A DNA stretch of 64,000 bases, taken from NCBI GenBank assembly GCA_036172245.1, contig JAYWIR010000012.1:1984001-2048000 (forward strand), in the 5' to 3' direction. The notes under the pieces are model-generated. The model did no database searches. It worked only from the letters and a program-made list of their open reading frames with translations, and was not told where the DNA came from. Below are positions 12,201 through 22,786 of this stretch, piece after piece. Position 1 is the stretch's first letter; each line of letters starts with the position of its first letter. The stretch comes from Raillietiella orientalis. Its lineage: Eukaryota. A program made the translations under genes and the position numbers.

Positions 12201-13995
12201 CCTGGAGGGAGTTGCTGGCGCAGGACGTTTCCTGCGGAGGGTGACCACCGCGCGAAAACTCACCCTCCGCCTCCAAAAAAGCCCTAGGCGCCTACCGCGG
12301 AGAGGGGGGGAGAGCAGGAGGGAGGTCACAGACGCTCCCAGCGTTCGCCATGCGCCTCCAACTCACCACGTAGAGGGCATTGGTCGCTCTGTTGCTCTCG
12401 ATGCGTCCCCAGCCGGACAGGATGACGCCTTCCACAGGGACGATCTCCGGGAATCGGCCGTAGGGGTTGGGCAGGCACACGGGGGCGATGGCGTGGTTGA
12501 AGCGGATCGGCAGCGGGAGTCTCCAGGCGGGGAAGCAGGCAGGGAAGGAAGAGGAAGAAAGAGGAGGGTGGGAGGGAGAGAAAAGGGGGAGCCTCCTGGC
12601 TTGCCCCCGAGGGGAGGGGCCGGCTGCGCCTGACCCCCCGGTCCCCTCCCTTACCGGATGAGTGAGATGTCATTGTCGTGAGAGACACCATTGTAGCCGG
12701 GGTGAGAGGCGATTCCGTCTCGGGACACGAAGAAGGTCCTGCCGTGGTCTTGAGGAATCTTCACATCGTGGAAACCCAGCTTGACCAGGACGCCGACCAG
12801 ATAGTAGCTATCGCCCCTGGAGGTGGTAACAGGACGGTTCCTCAACGCGCTTAACCAGACCTCCGCCGCTCACCTGACCTGCTTGACCTCCTTGCTGCAG
12901 TGGGCCGCCGTGATGACCCACGAGTCAGAGACCAGACTGCCTCCGCAGCGGTGTCTTGACACGTTCAGGGAGGAATCCGAGTACCGGAACATCAGGAAGA
13001 CCTGCCCTCAAGGTGGATCTTTTGCCCGCGGGAGAGACGCCCTTCCTCCCGCCTTACCATCCACGGGTACGCATGGGGTTCCGCCTCCCTGCCCCCGACG
13101 ATGCGCCCCTCCGCTTCCTCGACGTAGGTGTATCCGCACTGCCCTCCTTGGTCCATGGGAAGATTCGCCGAGTGGGGCGGAAGAGAGGAAAACTGGGGGT
13201 TGCCCGCTCCTAAAACAAATTGCGGGACCCTCGGGTCGGGAGGCTTCTGGAGGAAGGAGGGGCCTCCCCGGAACCCGTTTCCTGCGTGGGGGGCGTCCCC
13301 CTGTCTCCCCGGAGGGGAAGAGAGAAGGGCTAGGATCAATCCCTTCCTACCGGTCAGAAGAGAAGGAAGTTACGAGTGCGGAGCCGTCCCACCCCCTCCC
13401 GCTTTTCCGGAAAGAAGGACTCCTTGAGGATGCTGCAGGACCCTCGTCCTCGTAACATGGGATCAAACGTGAGTAGGGAAAAAGGGGAGCGCTCTTTCCG
13501 TCTCCGGCTTCCCCCTTCCCTTCCTTTAGTCCCGCTCCCACGTTCGGAAGTCACCGACCACCCTCCTTCCTCCGGTGCGTCTTCCTAGCCACCAGAGCGC
13601 CTCCGGACGGCTTTCGAAAATATCTGCACAGGGAAGGGTCGCCCCTCTGACGAGAAGGATGACTTCTCCCCTCGCCTCCACCCTACTACTCCCCCCTTCG
13701 CGTGGTCACCGCCGCTGCCCGAAGGGAGCATGCAGCTCTTTGCTCGCGCATCGTACCGCATGCGAAGCGGGTGGAGGAGGACAGGGGAAAGGGGACAGCC
13801 GCACGCCCCTTGTACGTCCCTTCCCTCCGAACAAGGCACGATCTCAGGATCCCCTGGAGGCGGGAGAGGATATAGAGGCAGCCCCGGAGGATCACCCGAA
13901 GGCGAAACCACCACCAGATCTTTACCTTGCGAAGCTGGGCGGACCAGGAAGAGAGCGACGGGCATCGCGCACAGCATCAGCCTCGCTCGCTCCAT
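6207..13995 (-). CDS. Secreted chymotrypsin/trypsin-fold serine protease (peptidase S1A), 7 exons
   Basis: Phase-consistent GT-AG exons: 13995-13926 ([24 protein letters not shown], signal-peptide-like), 13210-13058 (QCG...[17 protein letters not shown] activation site), 13001-12874 ([17 protein letters not shown], His57), 12816-12655 (HPGY...DNDISLI, Asp102), 12520-12367 (PVCLP...SGWG), 8533-8429 (C...MMC...RQCK), 6386-6207 (GDSGGP Ser195 ... YIKWIQK, TAG). Catalytic triad intact. Exon 1 is the least certain. Confidence 0.93.
7885..8045 (+). mobile_element. hAT transposase C-terminal dimerisation-domain remnant, inside protease intron 6
   Basis: One frame reads DVLGYWK...[28 protein letters not shown], resembling the hAT pattern DxLxWWK...ATSxPSERxFSxAG...PxxVxxLxFL with internal deletions. 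Confidence 0.45.
11349..11660 (+). mobile_element. Possible degraded RLE-type non-LTR retrotransposon endonuclease remnant, inside protease intron 5
   Basis: CKACQ (CCHC start), [10 protein letters not shown] (PD-D/E-xK-like), REK and YVGCIG (IVGxLG-like) occur in order but in mixed frames. Confidence 0.3.
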
Positions 13996-14587
13996 CGCTG
14001 TTGGTGCTTCCTTGACCGCGCGCTCCCGGTCTTTATGTATCCCGCAGAGGGCTGCTGGGTCAGCGATTCCACGTGCTGACCTCGGCGGATTCTTCTCGTT
14101 CCGCGCGGCAGCAGCTTCTCGCCACCCTCCTGCGGGGCGGCCCAGATTGCCTGCGCGCTCTCGCCGTCCGCTCCATCGGCTAGCGACCTTGAAGTTGGCG
14201 CGAGGTGCTCCCCGGCGTCGTCGCCGGACCCGTCTTTTCCCTCTTCTGAGGTCTTCCCTCCGGTACCCACTGGGTGGGCTAGGGGAATCATCTCAGTACG
14301 GACTCCCTACTGAGGGACTCCTTTTCCTCCCCTTCCCCTCCCCATCCTCCCTCCTGTGCCTTCCTCGGGACGCCCTCAGCGGGTGACGCGAAAAAACCCT
14401 CGCGACGGCGCTTCGGACCGCTCGCCCTCTCCGCCACAACCCTTTCGCGCGCGATTCGCTTGTCTCGTGGGTCCTCCTTGGCTGTCCACCCGGTAGCAGC
14501 AGCTTCGGGAAGGAGGAGGAGGTCGTCTCCCCGTTTCGTCATTCCGTCGGGGAAAGCGTGCACTCCTTCCCCTGGCGGCGCGCCCGT

Positions 14588-14618
14588 GCTCGAAACAGGA
14601 GCTGCTCCTGTTTCGAGC
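14588..14618. repeat. Perfect 15-bp inverted repeat with a 1-nt centre
   Basis: GCTCGAAACAGGAGC-T-GCTCCTGTTTCGAGC; the peptide LETGAAPVSS appears in ORFs on both strands. Confidence 0.95.
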
Positions 14619-17600
14619 TCTCTGATTTGGAGGAGTTTCGTGATGATCATACTGCATCAAAGATCCTGATGAAGTATGATTTCCTGGAGCTTCCTGATTT
14701 GGGGAGGAAGGGAAAAGAAGAAGAAGAGGAGGGAGGGATTCTGTTCCGGCGATCCAAGCTCCACGGCGGGAGGAGACGGCACGAGGAAGAGGAGGAGAAG
14801 CGGGCGACTGCCGCGCTTAGCTTCCAGCCTCTACTAGGGTGGACGTCCCGCTATCCTCTGACCGTCTCCAGTGACTCGCTCTCTATCCCCTCTCCCTGCC
14901 TCACGCGGCACCACGATGGGGGGGGAGCGAGTTCCGCTGCTCGCTCGCACACCGTCGCCTGATCCCGGGTGAAGAAGAGGGTTCCAGGAAAGGAAGGGGG
15001 GTTCAGGGGCTGGTCGGTGGTGGTTCAAAGCTTCAAAGCTCCCCGATAAGGAGGAAGAATACAAACGAGAGTCCCGCGAAAGGATCCCGGATCCTTCGGG
15101 ACCGCTAGAGAGGGGAAGGTTCGACACTCCCAGAAGATGCGAGGAGGCTGCGGGCTTCGCGCAGGGCCTCAGAGTCAGTGCTCAGAGTAGAGAAAGCTTC
15201 CTCCCTTTCCCCTTCCCCCTTCCAAAAAAGGGTCCCGTTTCCCTCCCTCTCCCCGCCTCCCTCGCTCGCCTCTCCCGCCCTAGTCCTCCCGAAAGGAACG
15301 AAAGGAACCACTTGATCATTCCCAGCACTCGAATATTCAGATGGGCCTGGAACGGGAGGAGAGCTTGATGGATGGGCAGCTGACAGAGTGGATCGATTTT
15401 CGTCCCTCGTTCTGGATTTCTGGAGGGTTTGGGACGTGGGGCGAACAACGGGCGGTGGCGAGATGGACACGACACGGGCAAAAGCAGCCTCAGGCGCTCG
15501 GCAGAACGCGAGCTTCGGACGGCGGTAGGACGGCGGCAGAAGGGAAGCGGCGAGTGTTGCGTAGCAGCCGAGGGTCTCCGGCAACGGAGCACCACTTTCG
15601 ATCAGATTCGCTCTGGAAAGCTACCTGGGACGGGATGAATGCGAATCGACCAAATCGTCTGGAGGAAGATGCGGAGCCTTATCAAAGCCCCCGAGCGCCT
15701 CGATACGGAAGCGCATCGGAAGTTTCGATCCTACGAAGATTTCCCCGAAAAATTCCCATCTCGGGAGACGCATCTGGGTGCCAGTCCTCGAAAAACTCTG
15801 CTTTGATATAAGACGAATGAGGAGCAGGGTCTGCTGGGCAGACAGTTTCTCTCGCTCTCTCTCTTTTGACTTGAGCACCCTCTTGAGAGGATACTCGAAG
15901 ACCTTGGCAACCGTGGAAGTCAATGCAGCGCAGTTTCTCATTTTTATGAGAACCGTGACTTGGGTGTGAGTAGTGGCTGGATACCACTAGCGCCTTCCGT
16001 ACCCCTTTCAAGAAGTCCCACCTCCAGAGACCTGATCTGCGATGTTTCTCCCGTGTGCACATTTTTTACTTGAAGAACATCGCCGATGATTTTCTCTCGA
16101 AAGACACGTTCATTTACCGTTTCAAAATATTTTGACTTATTTGCTTTCGATATCGACTGCAACACACACTCATGTATTAAACTTGCTGTTATGGATTCTT
16201 TATGCATGCTTATTTCCTTTGATATCTTTCCTGTCGAATAGCCAACTCCCTCCTCTGAATCTTTCCCATCGGGGCTTCATCAAACCCGATCGTCCCTCAC
16301 TGAATGTCAGAAAGCTATACAATTTCAATTTGTATATGAATGAAATGATAAACCTGGATAAAATGAGAGCGCGATATATCACCTTGTAATACTTGAAACC
16401 AATCTATTAGAAGAACAAAGGAAGTCAGTTATTAGAAATAGAAAGAAATACGATCTCTGGCAATTTCCTTGGAAGCTGTGTACATGTCTGTTCCGTTTAA
16501 ACTGCCCAGGACCTTTCGGATTAGTTAGAGAAATTTACCACCATGCTATACATTACCATGTTACGTATCAGTTCCGCTTAATATCCTTTTGTGATGCTCA
16601 CATCAGGTCTGCCATACGCGGTTAGAATCCGCTTCCCAAAATTCGGTGTTTTTCACGAGATCTTTCTTGAAAGTTAGCTTGCAAACATTCGGGCTTGTTC
16701 GTAATAATTTTGCTCTACTGTTACGTTATATTATAACTTCAGTTAAACAGGAAATTGAATTCTTGAGGATCTATGACTTTTATTCGCATGTGATGTGGGA
16801 CTACACTCCAAAATAATCTACTTACACTTAAGGTATTGGATATTCAACCCTTGCTAATTTTTGGCCAGTATCTGAAACTTGGTGGAAGAAATTTCTCCGA
16901 GAAATATTTCGTCCTACATAAATTCATCCATTATTTTTATTTTTATTTGTAATCACGCGATCGATATTACTTGCAAACAGTTGCGGATCGACATTCATAA
17001 TATCCCAACCAGAATTATTTCCCAAGCGATCCTGCAGCATTGTGTGTTAAATAATTTATCATCCAATGCATTAGAAAGAAAAAAAAAGCTGCTCTGCAAT
17101 GCATGCACTGATACTAGTATCACGTATGCATTCAGTTTTTCTACACTTCATGCATTACGTCCTAAATGCCATACATCACTGGTATCTCTTAAATCTTAAT
17201 TAAGCAAGCGAGTCACGACTGTTTGTTTGATGTGTCCTCCTTTGTTTTCATTGACTTTCCAACTTCAGTAAACATTCATTTTGGATGTTCACCAATAACA
17301 ATGAGAATGCGGAAGCATTCTCATTGTCCTTATGCGTTTTCTCCAGAAAGAGTTAAAAGAAACTGTCAAAAGATCACTTCTGACCCTGCAGTCCGATTGC
17401 AATCGGACTTGGGGCATTTTTCTTGTTTGCAGTAGCACTTACAGTTATCCACAGAGAGAAACTTCTGCTAGGAATCAGGTTCAGGAATCAATTCAAGCAA
17501 TTTTAGATTGGGTTACGCAATCTTCCAATAATCTCTGTTACGATTAGCGAACAGCCCACGGCATTTCGTTGACTCAGCTTGTGACTACACCTTACGATTA

Positions 17601-18778
17601 TCACCAAATGTTCCCCGCAAGTTGTGACGTTACGATAGCTTACATGTGATCCTTGCCATATCACAGCACACATGAATGGAGCCGGATCAATAGCATTTTT
17701 GTTGCGTAAGCAAGATTAACGAATCACACATGCATGAATTTTGTCCAAATTGGAAACCCGCAAAAAAAATTGACACACTCGATTGGAAATGTGGTTTGAA
17801 AATACCCTGCTTGGCCGTGCCAAAAAAAATGCTGTTTTTCGGATTTGAACTGTCTTTGCCATTTAACGGTTTTTGCAAGCTCACTGAAGTAGCCCAGAAA
17901 AGACACAACCCTCCCTGGTGGATAGTTCCTTAAGATGTTGCTGGATCAGTACAGAACTATAAAAGCCCGATATAAGAAATGTACATGGCCTTTTATTTCA
18001 TTCCACAAGCAGTCTTAACAACGTGATACGTCAAAGATAACTAGGTGTGCTGTTTGTTTGGATGGGAAACATACTGGAAGTTTTGCACACCAGGCTTTGT
18101 TATTAATACGAACCACCCATGAGAAATCCAGATGATTCAATGAGTCTCACAAATGACCTAACACAGTTACTATCTGTAGGTTTCTTTCTTTCTGTATGGA
18201 AAAAACTTGTGAAAGAAAACAATACCTTCCTAAATACAAATAAATTCTTCATATGCTCATTATTGCATCAAAAAATATGGCAGTATACAAGCTGGAGTGA
18301 ATTGTTTGCATTGGCTTAATGACAGTTATCTTCCCAGTAGTGCTTTACAACAGAGCACCACAGTACAGAATAAATGCAAAAGATCCACAAATTTTTTTTA
18401 AGAAAATGAAAGATAATTTTAATGCACTACAGCTGATGGTGCAAAGACAATTAATTAATACAGATTCATCCACATAATTTTGTTCCCAAAAGATGTTCTT
18501 TATTTTGCAACACAAATTACAAATTGCAATGGCAATGGCAGAATCTCAGCCAAAACAGTCTAATATTTTAGTAAATGAAAGTATGTGGCAAAAACACATA
18601 ACATGAAGTATTAAAGTATAATGAACATTTGCAGATTCTTGATGTTTTGAAAGACAAAATTCAAGTTTGAAGAAGTTGCAGCTTCATTATGACAACTGAA
18701 ACTGCAAATTTTTTCAACAAATCTGACACTAGATTATGTATTTTGTCCCAATAGATAAATTCTATTACAGTCAATAAA

Positions 18779-21700
18779 TCAAGAAACACAATTATGAGGT
18801 CTACTCGGTTGGAAGTACTCCACACAAGATTCATCTAATCGGAACTTTTTGGCACTAAGCTGATCAGTACTACCATAGCATAGCTTCTTATTAGCACCAG
18901 CTTCTACAGAGTTGCGGGAAAGCATTTTGTTAATGCCTTGTAATACCTGCAATGCACAAAGCCCTGATTAAGTAAATCAAATGAGGCAACTGAATACTGC
19001 ATACATTGCTGGAGCTGGCATGGAAATTGTAGCACAGTTTCGAGCTGACTTTGGGAGACTGCTTCAAGGGACTCACAAAGACTTCGCAATTAGAAGAAAC
19101 TCGTTTCACTGGTGAAGGGCAATTTGCTGATCGCAACACCAGCGGTGACAATGGTACCTCTGACTTCTATCGAAAAAGAAATTCGAAACACAGCAGGTGC
19201 ACTTACCAAACAAGGAATAAACTTTGCCAGCATGGACTTTGTAAGCAGAAGAAAGACTTCATTGTAAAAAGCAACAATATCACCCCGTGTCTCCTCCTCA
19301 ACCATACAGCTGCTGCCAACAACATGAGATGGAGTAAGTGGAGTGCATGCACTACTATTATTATCAACGGATAACACAGAAGAACAGCGGAGACCCTCAT
19401 TCTCTGCTTAAGCATCAAGTGGAGAATAATGGCAAGAAGCCATATCTAATACCTACCTGCACCTGCATGATCACACGAACCTTGATGTCTGTGAAGTAGC
19501 ACAGAACGATAAATGTGGGATGTGCACTGAGGCTGGGTTTTATAACAAGATAAAATATCTTGAAACTTTCGCTCACTGCCTGATACCCTACAGATGCTAT
19601 AAAGGCAGCACAAGAGCACTTGATCCAAATGGCGTTCTTTTAATAATTCAATGTGCTGCATGATGCACCACTCAAAAAATGTCCAAATTTTGCGGTGTAA
19701 TTCATCTGGGATTTTCAGATTGTCACAAAGATGCTGTAAACGAAAAGATGCCAACTGGTACACCTGCAATACACAATAGGAAACAAATCCCAAGTTAGGC
19801 ATGTGTGTACTTTACGAAAGAAGAGCCCCAAAGACCCAGTCTTTTTAGGCCTCATCAGCTTCAGTGAACTGCCATCTTGACATGAAGATGCATTAGAAAC
19901 AAGTGGTGCACAGCCAGTATTAGCTGTATTCTGATATGCAGATTTGCTGGTGACTGAAGACTGCCCATTTTCTTGTTCAGCTAGGAGCACAGTGCACAAA
20001 ACTACAGTCAGCAGAAAGCCCACATACCAGGTGCACTTATTAGGACAGATAGATTTGTGGAATTTTTGGGGGTAGATGTTCCAGCATCATCAAAATTGAG
20101 GCGACGAGAAATACAGGGCGAAGGGATATGAAATCTGTCCAATGAAGAAACAGGACTTTGCAACACATTGGCAGGCAGTTGACGATTATTGGGAAAAGCA
20201 GGGGTTGTAGGCTGAGGAGATCCATGACCTCCATGACCTTTATCTAACTGTTCAGGGAATGAAGTATCTGTGCAAGATGGTACTTCCCCATCATGGCGTT
20301 TCAGTGTTGCCCACAAACTGGAGTTGCTTTCAAAAGACAGGTTGTCCAAGCACTGTTCTTCAATCTATACGCAAACATGCTACACTCAATAACACAGGTA
20401 TTCTTACCATATTCAGGTGCTTCACCATTTCTCGAGATAAATTGGAAAGTTGGATACGAATAATGACCTCAATAACACGGAAAAACACGAATGCATCTAA
20501 CTGCAGTGTTTTCAGTATCCATGGAAAGCGATGTTGTGAGCTAAATGCAAAAAGCACCATCTCCAAACAACAGGCAAAAAGTGCCTGAACAAAGTCCACA
20601 CTTTCTAGCAACAGCTTCACATAATTATTGTTGACACAAATAAAACATTTCATCAAACAGCTTACTGCTGGATTAATGTTTTCACGACGCTGCATTTCAT
20701 CTTCAATAAGCAATTCCAAGCAGTGGTAAAACAGCCGACACCCGATATCTAATCTCTGAGTTACAAACTGATTACCAGCATCTCCTTGATCGCTGAATTT
20801 TTTTTTAAACTCTTCACTCAACTGTCTAACTCGTTCCTCTAAAGTTTTTTCCAAATTGGTTGCTCCCTGTCTGAAGAAAATCAACTCATTTTGCTGATTT
20901 TCTCACTTAATATAACCTTAGCAAGTGCTGCAATTGGATACTGGGTTTTGGTTCCTGACCAGCTACCATACGCAGCAGGCTACCAGCTGTTTGAGTAGCT
21001 GATGAAACAGGTGTTAAAGGTATTTCCCTTGCTTTCAAATACATTCGTCCTGTCAAAGGAGTGGATGGAACAATGTTAGCACTCTATAAGTATCATCTGG
21101 GAACTGCAAATCAGCAAACTAGCTCCTACCATATCAAACTGGGCACTCAAATTTCGTTTCACCATATTGACTTCTTGTTTGTTCTGCACATCTACTAAGG
21201 GACAAGGAACACGCCAGGACAAAGTGCCCAGCATCTCATTTCTGTTGTCTGCCAGTAATACCCTCTCATCATAATCACCATGAAGAAGCAAATGTTCCTC
21301 ATACAGACGATTTATGTTCTGTCTGTTGGCATCAAATCTTTCTACATCCAGCAAACCACTGCAAGTGCGCTCATAGCCAAAAAGGATCTGCATCAATACT
21401 TGATTTGTTTACATACTCAAAGAAAAAGAAAAACTCACTCTCTTGCTAAACAAATTCTGAACAAAAGGTCGCCAATTGTGTTCCTTAAAACACTTTGTCT
21501 CTATAACCATGCTACGGTCATCAGTAAGCAAAAATTCTATAATGCATGGTGGTGTGCTTGGAACCACATATTTGTCACTGAACACATCTTTGGGCAAACC
21601 TTCAAGAGAATAAGAAAAAAACTCGCCCTAGAGCTCTAAAATACGTACCTGGAAAATCTGGGTTCAGTAGATCTTTGCGGTTTGCAAGTATGACATTGCC

Positions 21701-22786
21701 ATACATCATATCCACACTGGCATACATCAGTTGTAATGATGGTAAGAAATCTTTGCTGATCGAAGTCAATTTAGCTGTAAAATTAAAAATACTTTTGAGT
21801 AAAAACAGCTCATTACACATCTACACAAACACTAAAGAATCCGCCTGAACAACAGAACTCAAATAATGCTTATTGCAAAAGCATACAAGTTTAAAATTGG
21901 TATCAAAGTATGAAGTATTTTGACATGAAAGAATTCAAAATTCATATTACCTTTTACCATACAAAACAAGGTCCAACAAAAATTTAATACATCAGTGCTT
22001 GTGCAAGGAATCTTTCTGCAATTTCAGACAAAAAATATTGCATGGCTGGAAATCACAAGGTGCTTACTTGGATTTTCTTGATCGAGGGAACCTAGCAGGA
22101 TCTTTGAAAGAAGTCTTGAATATTTTCAAAAAAATTTGGGAGTAGTTTTCAAACACCAATTTAGAGATCTGAATGCAGCTTTCCAACTCGTAAATTTTGC
22201 TGCTGCATCTTGGTGGGAGGCAAGACATATCTGCCCAACTTTTACCTTTTTTAATGAAATCAATAAGGCTGAAAAAAAGCATTTGAAAGACCATCCAACT
22301 TTTACTACCTCAGAGAGCTTGACTCCAAAAGTCGACGGAGATTAATACCGTTTCCTTCAGATCTTTCATGACCACTAACTGTACTTCTTGAGGATTTCAT
22401 ACAGTCGAAATACAAACCGCAAGTTAGCCAATGTAACTGGTTACCCTGAAATGAAACACCTGATTGTGGCATACGTAAACACAACTTGTGGAAACAATCT
22501 CCTGCGACAGAAATTTTATGTAGTTTAAGAAGCCTCTTTGCATTTACCTTACTTTCATTGCAAAAATCCAAACGTTTACCTTTACATTAAACACTTGAAT
22601 ATAAATGAATATATATATAGAATCTGAAAAATGCCTAACCTCCAAACAGAAGCAGTTCTTTTTCTCTTTATAACTTTTCCAAGTCTCCTCAAGTGAGGTC
22701 TGGTCCATGTTAAGCTGCAGGCATAAACTTTTAAAGGAATTGCATAAAGCCTGGTCATCATCCTGATTATTTTTCATCTCTGACAT
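18779..22786 (-). CDS. Retinoblastoma-family pocket protein, p107/p130 (RBL1/RBL2)-like, about 16 exons
   Basis: Exons: 22786-22640, 22445-22309 (EGNQLHWLTCGLY), 22268-22068, 22015-21951, 21774-21649, 21599-21439, 21387-21130 (GDYDERVLL), 21083-20917 (TPLTGRMYL..TPVSSATQ), 20870-20666, 20614-20408 (pocket A: LFACCLEMVLF..FPWIL..LSREMVKHLN), 20364-20028, 19980-19811 (KTGSLGLFFRK), 19763-19457 (pocket B: IWTFFE..RHLDQ..YKTQPQ..YRSV), then three 3' exons (RGDIVAFYN; VFVSPLK; LQGINKM...TGA at 18779). Confidence 0.95.

Noticed and set aside
14640..14697. C/D-box snoRNA-like arrangement (GTGATGA...CTGA...CTGA)
   Set aside because: Short, no terminal stem, not intronic, and no rRNA-complementary guide that I recognise; the boxes are largely explained by the local hairpin.
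15110..15135. tRNA T-loop-like GGTTCGA
   Set aside because: No pairing T-stem and no cloverleaf.
1..15700. Many long overlapping ORFs (e.g. 6610-7830, 6750-7883, 11069-12244)
   Set aside because: Arg/Pro/Gly/Ser-rich, open in several frames on both strands, and without motifs; expected from stop-codon scarcity in GC-rich DNA.
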